NCBI GenBank assembly: GCA_041500865.1 | Contig: JBGQMY010000007.1 | Location: 1 to 47,489 of the forward strand | DNA from: Candidatus Micrarchaeia archaeon | Lineage (GTDB): Archaea > Micrarchaeota > Micrarchaeia > Anstonellales > J096 | DNA: 47,489 nucleotides | Direction: 5' to 3' | Made by a program: the position numbers and the translations under genes | Shown here: positions 37,160 through 45,661 of the stretch, in pieces | How positions within the stretch are numbered: the first letter of the stretch is position 1 | Layout of the letters: each line of letters starts with the position of its first letter | The notes under the pieces: generated by a model | The model's database searches: none | What the model was told of the DNA's origin: nothing | What the model saw: the letters and a program-made list of their open reading frames with translations, nothing else

Positions 37160-39792
37160 CAAACGGTGAGAAGCTCGCAAAGACCAAGGCTGAAGCACAA
37201 CAGCAGAAGCCTGTTGAGATAAAGCCAACAACCGTTGCGCAGAGCACAAACCTCAGCCAGACAAACATAAACCTCATTCAAGTACTCAAGGAAACGTCAA
37301 AGACCGAGCTGGAGGTTATCCGCGCAATAACAAAGGTGCCGCTCTGGAACATGATGTTAAAGGAAATGTCAGGCCTCGGACTGGTGACAAGCGCCTTCAC
37401 GGGACCGAAGAAATACAATGAGATTCTGAAGGAATCCGACCACGTCCAAGAATTATACAAGAACTTCGCGAACGATTTGCTTTATTTGAACAAGTACCTC
37501 ATAGAGTCCCGCTCCGGAAAAATTAAGTTGGACGGCGAGGAACTTTCCAAGAGGATGGAGAACTATTTCAACTCATACAATGCATATACCGAAGGGCTTT
37601 TGAAAATAAGGGAAAGGGTTGAGGCATATACGATAAACACCAAGAGCGATTATGCCCTGGCTGCTGTTGACGCTGCGCTAACCCTTTCCACTGTTATCGG
37701 CGTCGGAGCCCTTGTCGGCGCAGGCGCAAAGGCGGTCGGCGGCCTTGCGCTGAAGGAAGGCGCGGAGATAAGCGCAAAGGCGCTTGCCAAGGAAGCCGCA
37801 AAGAACGCATTCAAGAGCGCAATCAACAGGAACGCATTTGCGATAAACGTGTTCGCATCTTCCGCAACCGCAGGGGTTGAGGTATGGAACCAGAGCGAAA
37901 TGAACGACGCCATAAGGAAGTTTGAGGCAAACCCGCGCGAAGGCATAAACAGCATGGACAAGTTCCTTTCAGGAGTGGAATCCAGCGTGGCAAATGCCGG
38001 CAACAAAAACAAGGAAGAGATAATGAAGATGATAAAGGAGGAGCATATTCACCTTGATGAGATGAAAGCCAAGCTCGACGAACCGGGCCACAAGATAGAG
38101 TTTGTGGACGCTGCCAAGATGTTCGCCACGACTTTCGCAGTGTCCATGCTCATCGAGACCGGCCTCGGCGCGGCCAAGACGGTGAAGGGCGTATTCAAGG
38201 CAAAGGCGCCAAGGGCCAAGGTTGAGGTTGCAAAGACCGAGACCAAAATTGAAAGGGCTCCTGAAGAAGCCGCCAAGGAGACAAAGGCTAAAATAACGGC
38301 AAAGGAGCATAGCGACCAGATCAGGTCCGAGTTCGACAGGAAATCCAAGGAGACTGAGGCAGGGCAACTGCACCAGTATCTAACCAATACCACGATGCCG
38401 GCAGAAGCCCTTGCCAAGTTCCAGGAAGGGAAGTTTGGAAAGGCGCTGGCTGAGGTCGGCGAGAATTACTCCGGAAAAATCGGCGAAGTTGGAATAGGAC
38501 AAGCAGCCTTGACCAAAGGCGTGTCAATTGATTTCAAACTAATAATTCTGGACATGAAGAATACCTGGTTCTTTGGCGGCATGGGCAAGCAGAACGCCGA
38601 CGTCGCAATAAATATATACCTAAGAACGCTCAGGGAAACCGCAAAGCAGTACGACGTCACCATAAGCATGGCCAAGGGTTCGGACGAGGTGTATGTTTTT
38701 CTGGCAAAGGACCAGAACCCAAAGCTTTTCTTAGACACTGTCAAGGAAAGGCTGGATGCGCTGGTTAGCAGGGTTGAGGTAATCGGGGCCAGTGCCGCGG
38801 AAAAGACGAAGATAACGTCGAACCTCGGCAAGATAGGCTACGAGACAAAGGATGTGATGATGTCGCTCAACAGCAATCCCAAGGGGGAGGTCTCGTACTC
38901 GATGCAGGTAAGCGTCAAGCAGGAGGGCAAGACTGTCGTCAAGAGCGGGCTCAACTTCGATTCGACGATGACTGAGATCGAGCTTGAAACTATGTTTTCA
39001 AAGTTGAACAACAAGGAGCTTGAGGTTGACGTGCGCTCCTTCATATCAAGGTTCGACGCCATGAAAGGCGAGAAGGTTATGGAAATAGACAAATCCCAAT
39101 ACGTAACCCAGGCAAGGCTTTCCTTTGACAAGAACACCATGGGGGCACTCAGCGAGCTGACCGACAAGCTTGGCAAGGGCAAGATGCAGGTGGAGTCTGG
39201 GGAGATAGGCCCCAGTGTGCTCAACCTGCTCAGCTATCCAGTTGTGAATAGAGTCGAATACGCGTATTACTCCGCGCTGATGAAGGCAATCAAGGACAAC
39301 AACATAATCATAGGAAGGGAAAAGGATGCAGGGCCGCTGTCATACGCATTCAAGACAAGGGACGGCTCTGCGATAGACGCAAAGAAGATAGAGAAGGCGA
39401 TACTTGAGGCTAGGAAGTCGTTCGAGGCCGAGATGAAAGGCAGGGGTATAGAAGTTTCATCAAAGAACTACAGCGGCACGACCCATGCCGAAGCATCCTC
39501 AAAGGTCATGGGAGGGATGTCGCAGGACCAGATAGACCTGGAAAACAAGGGTGTTGTCCTGATGCATCTGAGCCCGTCGTACTGGCGGACGATTATAGCC
39601 GACAGCAAGGTAATGGACGTGGTTTTGAGGGGGGAAGGCCTGCCGAGGTCCGTGAGGAACATAAGCGACTTCATGAAATATCTCAAGATGAACAACGTTG
39701 AGGTCGACCCAGGAGCGGTGTTTAACGCCGCGGAGCTTCAGAAGGTGAATATAATATGCAAACTACCAGAGATAACAGTAAAAGTAATGTGA
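37156..39792 (+). CDS. 878-aa hypothetical protein: coiled coil, Gly/Ala-rich hydrophobic region and degenerate GGDEF-like domain
   Basis: Hydrophobic ALAAVDAALTLSTVIGVGALVGAGAKAVGG; GGDEF-like LIILDMKN...G...AD......GSDEVYVFL. Confidence 0.75.
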   Translation: MTNGEKLAKTKAEAQQQKPVEIKPTTVAQSTNLSQTNINLIQVLKETSKTELEVIRAITKVPLWNMMLKEMSGLGLVTSAFTGPKKYNEILKESDHVQELYKNFANDLLYLNKYLIESRSGKIKLDGEELSKRMENYFNSYNAYTEGLLKIRERVEAYTINTKSDYALAAVDAALTLSTVIGVGALVGAGAKAVGGLALKEGAEISAKALAKEAAKNAFKSAINRNAFAINVFASSATAGVEVWNQSEMNDAIRKFEANPREGINSMDKFLSGVESSVANAGNKNKEEIMKMIKEEHIHLDEMKAKLDEPGHKIEFVDAAKMFATTFAVSMLIETGLGAAKTVKGVFKAKAPRAKVEVAKTETKIERAPEEAAKETKAKITAKEHSDQIRSEFDRKSKETEAGQLHQYLTNTTMPAEALAKFQEGKFGKALAEVGENYSGKIGEVGIGQAALTKGVSIDFKLIILDMKNTWFFGGMGKQNADVAINIYLRTLRETAKQYDVTISMAKGSDEVYVFLAKDQNPKLFLDTVKERLDALVSRVEVIGASAAEKTKITSNLGKIGYETKDVMMSLNSNPKGEVSYSMQVSVKQEGKTVVKSGLNFDSTMTEIELETMFSKLNNKELEVDVRSFISRFDAMKGEKVMEIDKSQYVTQARLSFDKNTMGALSELTDKLGKGKMQVESGEIGPSVLNLLSYPVVNRVEYAYYSALMKAIKDNNIIIGREKDAGPLSYAFKTRDGSAIDAKKIEKAILEARKSFEAEMKGRGIEVSSKNYSGTTHAEASSKVMGGMSQDQIDLENKGVVLMHLSPSYWRTIIADSKVMDVVLRGEGLPRSVRNISDFMKYLKMNNVEVDPGAVFNAAELQKVNIICKLPEITVKVM

Positions 39793-39809
39793 ATTCAAAG
39801 GGTCCTTTC

Positions 39810-40376
39810 ATGGACGGAAATGCGATAATAATAGACAGCGAGAGCAGGCCTTTCGCGATAACTTTCATGAAGAAAGTATATTCCAGCGGGCCTGCCGGCG
39901 AGGAAAGGCTTAAGAATATGATTGAGTTTTCCAAGGACTCTGGCGTTATTAGTCATCTCGGAAATGATGCGCAGAGGATAGCCAAGCTGGGCTCAAAGAC
40001 CCAGATGTCGTGCGGGCTGGCGATGATGCTGTTTGAGGAAATAAAGGCCGGGAATAAAAGAGATGTGGGCATGCTTATCAAGTTCCTGGAGTCCATAGCC
40101 GAAGGAACCGTCAAGGATTTCGTGACTGACGCCGCCAGGAAGATAATGCTGATGGATAAGTTCGGCTACGATGAAAGGGAGGCGGTCACAAAGCTTCTCA
40201 TGAAGGCGGTTGAAAACGTTGAAGACGAAACGGGCGCGGCATATGCGTTCGGGCTTGCGATAAGGTATTTTGACCTTAACCTCGCGTTTTCGGCAGAGCG
40301 GTTTGCGGAAAAAGGAAGGAAGGAAGGCCGCCTGAAGCAAATATCAAAATGCTCTAGTGACCTCGACTACTGGTAA
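39810..40376 (+). CDS. Hypothetical helical protein directly downstream of the 878-aa gene
   Basis: Starts 17 nt after the upstream stop; host-like codon usage. Confidence 0.7.
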   Translation: MDGNAIIIDSESRPFAITFMKKVYSSGPAGEERLKNMIEFSKDSGVISHLGNDAQRIAKLGSKTQMSCGLAMMLFEEIKAGNKRDVGMLIKFLESIAEGTVKDFVTDAARKIMLMDKFGYDEREAVTKLLMKAVENVEDETGAAYAFGLAIRYFDLNLAFSAERFAEKGRKEGRLKQISKCSSDLDYW

Positions 40377-40399
40377 AAAATAAAAAAAGTGTTGGTGAG

Positions 40400-41365
40400 T
40401 CAGTCCCTCACGCCTTCCGGCATCACCCTGAATATGGCCTCTCCTTCCGGCAGGTTCGGGCTGTCCACCATCCTCGCAATCCTCTTGCTCTCCTTGCCCT
40501 TCCTTAAGTAAATCCTGTATGTCGCGGCATGGGCTATTATGTGGCCCCCTATCGGCGTCGTCGGGTCGCCGAACAGTATGGCCGGGTTGTCCATGACCTG
40601 GTTGGTAAAATACACCGCAAGGTTAAACCTGTCTGACAGCCTCTGGAGCAAGTGGATGTGCTTATTCAGCCTTTGCTGCCTCTCGCCAAGCGCCCCTCTT
40701 CCAATATAATCTGCCCTGAATTGGCTTGTCAAAGAGTCTATCACTATCAGCTTGACGTTTTCCTTCTCTAGTATGTTCTCAAGCTTGTCAACAATCAGCA
40801 CCTGGTGGTCGCTGTTCTCAGCCCTCATCACCAGTATGTTGCCCAGCGCCTCCTTTGGGTCCATCTTCGCGGCCTCTGCCATCTGCTTTATCCTGTCAGG
40901 ACGGAACGTGCCTTCGGTGTCTATGAATACGGCCTTTCCTTCAAGCCCGCCTTTGTCCTTTGGCAGCTGAACGTTCAGCGAAAGTTGAAAACCTACTTGG
41001 CTTTTTCCGCTTGAGAATTTTCCATAACATTCGGTCAAAGCCTGGGTTTCAACCCCTCCCCCCATAAGGTCATCAAGGTTCTTTGACCCTGTTGTTATCC
41101 TTCCTATATTTTTCCTTCTTTCAAGTATGTCCCATCCTGTTGAATATTCCAAAGTGATGGAATCCTTGGCCTTGTTGATTATTTTTCCAGCGGCGTCAAG
41201 CGAGATGTCAGCCACTTCGGATAATTCCGCAGGTATGGCGGCGGCTATGGTGGTCATGTCGCCGTATCCAGCCGCCCTTAGCTTCTCTGCCGTGGCCTCC
41301 CCGACTCCGGGGAGGTCCTCAAGGTCCTTCGGGATGCTTGGCTCATTGAGTTTTGACATGGTCAT
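40400..41365 (-). CDS. radA: DNA repair and recombination protein RadA
   Basis: N-terminal HhH LPGVG, Walker A GKFSSGKS, IDTEGTFRP, FRADYIGRG.L.ERQQ; no intein. Confidence 0.96.
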   Translation of the reverse strand: MTMSKLNEPSIPKDLEDLPGVGEATAEKLRAAGYGDMTTIAAAIPAELSEVADISLDAAGKIINKAKDSITLEYSTGWDILERRKNIGRITTGSKNLDDLMGGGVETQALTECYGKFSSGKSQVGFQLSLNVQLPKDKGGLEGKAVFIDTEGTFRPDRIKQMAEAAKMDPKEALGNILVMRAENSDHQVLIVDKLENILEKENVKLIVIDSLTSQFRADYIGRGALGERQQRLNKHIHLLQRLSDRFNLAVYFTNQVMDNPAILFGDPTTPIGGHIIAHAATYRIYLRKGKESKRIARMVDSPNLPEGEAIFRVMPEGVRD

Positions 41366-41639
41366 CGCCCCTTGGCTCGTTCGGGAACGCCAGTAGCCTC
41401 AGCTCCCCTATTTTTAGAGTATAGAATTCCCTTCCGTTCTTGCTTACGGACTTCCACATCGCGCCCACAGAGCGGTATGCCTTGCTTCCGTCCTGGTTGG
41501 TTTCCGGCTGGACTATCCTCAAGTCCGGCCTCCTGCCCTTCCGCTGTTCTGCGGTGTCCTGCTGTTCGGGCTTCTTGCCTGCGCTAACCTCCTCGTATTC
41601 CTCGAGGTCCTTCACGTCTTCTCCTACAATTTCTTCCAT
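41343..41639 (-). CDS. Small protein upstream of radA, DUF736-like (putative ssDNA-binding)
   Basis: Acidic N-terminus, then RPDLRIV...VGAMWKSVSKNGREFYTLKIG...LAFPN; overlaps the radA start. Confidence 0.65.
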   Translation of the reverse strand: MEEIVGEDVKDLEEYEEVSAGKKPEQQDTAEQRKGRRPDLRIVQPETNQDGSKAYRSVGAMWKSVSKNGREFYTLKIGELRLLAFPNEPRGDDHVKTQ

Positions 41640-41764
41640 GTTTTTCCTCTCCGGGTCTTCCCCTCGGCCCAAAGGGTTGCGGCTCTTCGCCCCAACAATA
41701 TGGCTTGCTGTCGGGCTGTTTAAAAACGTTGGGAGACCCCGTTGCCAAGGGTTAAAAACCGCTT

Positions 41765-42376
41765 TCAGTTCCCGTATATGCAGCTGAAAAATGAGTCGGT
41801 AAATGGCTTGGCTGATGCTCCCAAGGACTGGAACATCATTTCCTTGGATTCTGCAAGATTGACAAGGTCGCTTGTGTTGGGGATGTTTGGCCAGAACGAA
41901 TAGCCGAGGTTGTCTGCCGTCCATTCCCTTTCCTTGACTATTGGGCTGGGGCCCATGAAAGCCAATGCAAAGCATGTTGCAATCCTGTGCCTGGCGCTTT
42001 TTCCCCCGGCAGTGGGATTTTCCTTTGCCGCATATGTGAATGCGTTGATGCCGCTGTAATTCAGCTTTTCCGCATCAGCCCCGTTCTGCATAAGGAAGCG
42101 GCACATTTTCGGATTAGAGTCAAAAGCTGCATACATCAACGGGGTCATGTTGAGCCCAGGGTCTATTCCGTTGACATCAGCGCCTGCCCTGATGGCAAGC
42201 CCAGCCTTCCTTTCATCTCCCATTATCACTGCCTTTTTCAGCATTTCAAAAAGTTCGTGCTTCCTTCTTGCCTCCAGCGCTTCCGGCTTTTCCTCCACCT
42301 TCGGCTGCCTTTTGCTGAATAGCCTTTTCTTTATTGTTGTAAACGCATGCCTTATCTTGCCCTTGCTCTTTTCCAT
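41765..42376 (-). CDS. Ankyrin repeat protein with C-terminal F-x3-F-x2-C tail
   Basis: AGADVN...MTPLMYAA...FLMQNGAD; ends PFTDSFFSCIYGN. Confidence 0.85.
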   Translation of the reverse strand: MEKSKGKIRHAFTTIKKRLFSKRQPKVEEKPEALEARRKHELFEMLKKAVIMGDERKAGLAIRAGADVNGIDPGLNMTPLMYAAFDSNPKMCRFLMQNGADAEKLNYSGINAFTYAAKENPTAGGKSARHRIATCFALAFMGPSPIVKEREWTADNLGYSFWPNIPNTSDLVNLAESKEMMFQSLGASAKPFTDSFFSCIYGN

Positions 42377-42384
42377 TATGTGGT

Positions 42385-42431
42385 TTGTGCGGCAAAGGTG
42401 TTAAAAATCATCCTGCGAGGCACTCGCCGAA
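42385..42431. repeat. 47-bp direct repeat, copy 1 (ankyrin gene 3' end plus the next gene's promoter)
   Basis: 44/47 identical to 43159-43205. Confidence 0.85.
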
Positions 42432-43151
42432 GGATTTTGTGAAGCCAGGCGCCATCTCATTTCCGACTATTGATTCAATCAATTTAGCTGCAAGGAAATT
42501 CAGGACTTCGGTGTCTTCGGCATGTACGGCCCATTGTATGGCTGTCCATCCGTCGTTCTTTTTTCTCATGGTAATTAATTTCCCTGCGCTTCCGCCTGCT
42601 TCTGCGTATTTTTCCAGCAAAAAGGCGCAGGTTCCGATGTGTTCGTTGAATGCGGCCTCGATTAAGGCCGTCTCGCCGTCTTTGCTCCTTGCGGAGATGA
42701 ATTCCCTTATTTTTCTTTTGTCATTCCCGACTGATTCTGCGTATTCTTGTATCAGCAGGGCGCAGGTCTTTGCATATCCGTTGAATGCCGCCCAAACCAG
42801 GGCTGTCTTGCCGTCTTTTGCCTTTGCTGCGATGAACTCCTTTATGTTTCCGCCTGATTTCTTATATTCTTCAATAAGCAGGGCGCAAGTTTCAGTGCGC
42901 CCCTGCACCGCGGCCTCGTGCAGGGCCGTCCAGCCCTTGTCATCTTTTGTAGCGACATCCGCGCCGGCCTTGATAAGCTTCCTTATCTCTCTATTTTCCC
43001 CTTTTTCGGCTGAAAAAAGAAGGCTGCGGTTAAGGCTCTCCTGCTCCCGTTGCCGCATCATGCTGAAAAAATTCTCTGGCTTCGGCTTGTGGAACGGCGC
43101 TTTTTTCGCCTTGACAGCGGTTTTCGTTGTCCTGCCTTTCCTTTCCTGCAT
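42408..43151 (-). CDS. Ankyrin repeat protein with C-terminal F-x3-F-x2-C-x3 tail
   Basis: GWTALHEAA, GKTALVWAA, GETALIEAA; ends GFTKSFGECLAG. Confidence 0.88.
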   Translation of the reverse strand: MQERKGRTTKTAVKAKKAPFHKPKPENFFSMMRQREQESLNRSLLFSAEKGENREIRKLIKAGADVATKDDKGWTALHEAAVQGRTETCALLIEEYKKSGGNIKEFIAAKAKDGKTALVWAAFNGYAKTCALLIQEYAESVGNDKRKIREFISARSKDGETALIEAAFNEHIGTCAFLLEKYAEAGGSAGKLITMRKKNDGWTAIQWAVHAEDTEVLNFLAAKLIESIVGNEMAPGFTKSFGECLAG

Positions 43152-43158
43152 GCCTTTA

Positions 43159-43205
43159 TTGTGCGGCGAAGGTGTTAAAAATCATCCTGCAACGCACTCG
43201 CCGAA
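43159..43205. repeat. 47-bp direct repeat, copy 2
   Basis: TTGTGCGGCGAAGGTGTTAAAAATCATCCTGCAACGCACTCGCCGAA. Confidence 0.85.
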
Positions 43206-43730
43206 CGGTTTCATAAACGCATTTCCAGTTATGCCCGCAAGCCATTCCATGTGCTTGAGGAATGCAGCCGTTTCCTTCCTTTCCATTAGTTTGGCCCACA
43301 TAAAAGAAGTCCTTTTCGGGAAGAGCTCGTCTTTTTGATTTAAATCTGCGCCTTTTTCAACCAACAGCATGCATACGTCAGTATATCCTTCCCGTGCGGC
43401 ATGCATGAGCGCAGTCCTGCCGTTGTTGTCCTTCGCCTCGATGCTTGCGCCTTTTTCAAGCAATAACGCGCAGGTTGGGGTGTGTCCCCAATATGCGGCC
43501 CACATGAGCGCAGTCCAGCCGTTATTATTCTTTACCTCGATGCTTGCGCCAACCTTCAGCAGTCTTTCCGCCCTTTTTGTTCTGCCATTTTTAGCAGCAT
43601 CCAACAGCATGCCATTGAGCTGTTCCTGCTTTTTCTCTGATAATGCCTTCTTTTGGCTTTCTATTATGCCAGCTTTGGGTTTGGCTGGCGCCTTTGCCTG
43701 CGCATTCCCTTGGAGCCTCTTTTCCTGCAT
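43182..43730 (-). CDS. Ankyrin repeat protein with C-terminal F-x3-F-x2-C-x3 tail
   Basis: Start MQEKR; GWTALMWAA, GRTALMHAA; ends AFMKPFGECVAG. Confidence 0.88.
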   Translation of the reverse strand: MQEKRLQGNAQAKAPAKPKAGIIESQKKALSEKKQEQLNGMLLDAAKNGRTKRAERLLKVGASIEVKNNNGWTALMWAAYWGHTPTCALLLEKGASIEAKDNNGRTALMHAAREGYTDVCMLLVEKGADLNQKDELFPKRTSFMWAKLMERKETAAFLKHMEWLAGITGNAFMKPFGECVAG

Positions 43731-43766
43731 GCCTCTATTGTGCAGCAACGAGTTTTTAACGTTATT

Positions 43767-44843
43767 TTAGATTTCCTTGAACTTTGCCTTGCCTGCGCTG
43801 CCTTTCATCATCCCTGAAAGCTCGGCAAAAAGGGGCCCTTTTATCCTTACCCTAGGCCTGCTTGACACCTTGCACATCTCAGGCAGGCATGCGCTGAGCC
43901 TGTATGTGCCGATTTTCATCGCTATTGTTATTATGTCATTCTTTGTCATGCCGATGAGCGGCCTTAGCACGAACTTGTCTGTTGACGAGTCCAAAAGCGC
44001 CAAATTATCCAATGTCTGCGTTGATACCTGGCCTATGCTTTCCCCTGTTGCGAGAACCTGGATTCCAAGCTCATCCGCAATCTTGGACGCTGCGATGTAC
44101 ATCCCTGCCTTCAGCCCCATCTGCCTGAACTCGTTGTCCAGCCTGGACAGCTCCTCCATGATTGCTCCGTTGTCAGCAAAATAGAACTTGCCCCTTATGC
44201 GGTATTCCTTTTGGAGATGCTCCCAAATTTTCTTGACCTGCCTTGCGCTTATCTCGTTGCCAAAATGCAGGGCGTCAAGGTGCAGCCCTCTTCTTGCAAG
44301 CATGTATGCCGCAACCGGAGAGTCTATGCCGCCTGAGAAAAGCATGAGCGCCCTTCCGCCAGAGCCGTATGGGAGCCCTGTGACGCCCTCAATCCTCTTG
44401 AAAAGGCAGAGCGCCTTTTTCTCCTCTATCTCAATGTAGACGATTTCGTCATAGCCCCTTACGCTCATTTTGACGCCTTTTTTGTCAAGCAGCCCTGAAA
44501 CCTTTATGGCAAGCTCCGTTGAGTTCATGGGATAGGCCTTGAACCTCCTTTTGCCCTCTATCTTGTATTTTTTGGATTTGTCCGCGTTTTTTGCTATGGT
44601 TTCCGCGATTTCCTCAGGGGAATTTCCGCACTCGAAGCACACGCAGACGTTGGAGATTCCGAAAATCCTGGAAAGCCCTTCGGATACATCCGTTTCTGAC
44701 TCAATCTCAACAATGCCGTTTGTCAATGATATTTTTATGTCCGGGAAGGCCGCCATTATGTTGGATTTCAGTATGCGCTCCAGCCTCTTTCTTTCCTTTG
44801 GGCCCTTTATTATTGGTTCGGCATACTTGGCGATTAATTTCAT
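43767..44843 (-). CDS. thiI: tRNA 4-thiouridine synthase ThiI
   Basis: THUMP domain, PP-loop SGGIDSPVA, TGESIGQVSTQTL, RPLIG. Confidence 0.92.
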   Translation of the reverse strand: MKLIAKYAEPIIKGPKERKRLERILKSNIMAAFPDIKISLTNGIVEIESETDVSEGLSRIFGISNVCVCFECGNSPEEIAETIAKNADKSKKYKIEGKRRFKAYPMNSTELAIKVSGLLDKKGVKMSVRGYDEIVYIEIEEKKALCLFKRIEGVTGLPYGSGGRALMLFSGGIDSPVAAYMLARRGLHLDALHFGNEISARQVKKIWEHLQKEYRIRGKFYFADNGAIMEELSRLDNEFRQMGLKAGMYIAASKIADELGIQVLATGESIGQVSTQTLDNLALLDSSTDKFVLRPLIGMTKNDIITIAMKIGTYRLSACLPEMCKVSSRPRVRIKGPLFAELSGMMKGSAGKAKFKEI

Positions 44844-44889
44844 AATATTGGGTTTAGGATGCCCATTGTTTTAATCCTTTTGGAATAGA

Positions 44890-45474
44890 CTATTGGGCTG
44901 TGCACGCGTTGAAACTGGAAAAGAACCTGCCCGCTTCTTCTTTGCTCAATAACCTATCTCTTACCAAATAAGCCCCAAGAAACCTTCCTGTTGTTTTGGC
45001 TTTTCCGAACTGCATGGCCCACGCGAGCGGGGTCCTGCCGTCCTTGTTCCTTGCCTCGATATCTGCTCCGTTTTCAAGCAATAGGGCGCAGGTTTGGATG
45101 TGCCCGCCCCCCGCGGCCCAGTGAAGGGCAGTTATCTTGAGGCTATCTGCCGCATTGATAAATTTCCTTGCGTTTCCGCCGGACTTTGCGTATTCCGCCA
45201 AGAGAAAGGCGCAGATTTGGATGTACCCGTTCATTGCAGCAAAAATGAACGCTGTATGGCCGGCCCAGCCTCTTGCCTCTATGTCCGCGCCTGCTTTCAA
45301 AAGCCGCTTGCATTCATCCAGCCGGTTGTTCCGGGCCGCCTCCAGAAACCCATCGTTGAGCTGATTCTGCTTTTTAGGATTGGGCTTTCTTTTTTCAGAT
45401 TCTGGCTTGTGGACGAGGTTATTCAGCCTAAGCAAAACTTTGTGAATTTTTGACTCCTTGAGCCTCTGCGCCAT
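44890..45474 (-). CDS. Ankyrin repeat protein with C-terminal F-x3-F-x2-C-x3 tail
   Basis: [10 protein letters not shown]...[18 protein letters not shown]; ends [12 protein letters not shown]. Confidence 0.88.
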   Translation of the reverse strand: MAQRLKESKIHKVLLRLNNLVHKPESEKRKPNPKKQNQLNDGFLEAARNNRLDECKRLLKAGADIEARGWAGHTAFIFAAMNGYIQICAFLLAEYAKSGGNARKFINAADSLKITALHWAAGGGHIQTCALLLENGADIEARNKDGRTPLAWAMQFGKAKTTGRFLGAYLVRDRLLSKEEAGRFFSSFNACTAQ

Positions 45475-45526
45475 GCCTCTTTTATGCGCAAAAGGGATTA
45501 AAAGTTGCTCGGGTTGGCCAAAAACA

Positions 45527-45642
45527 TACCCTCAGTGCTCCAGGTTGTCTTCATAGGCCTCTTTCTTTGCGAAGAAAGACCCCTGGGAGAAAGAATCTCT
45601 TTGGGGCTTAGCCTCGGCAAACCTGTTTGTCATCATTGGATA
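45527..45642 (-). ncRNA. Box C/D guide sRNA with an extended D'-C' insert
   Basis: Box C ATGATGA, 12-nt guide, D' CCGA, structured insert, C' ATGAAGA, 12-nt guide, D CTGA; terminal stem TATCC/GGGTA. Confidence 0.75.
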
Positions 45643-45661
45643 AAACAACAAAAGACAAAGG

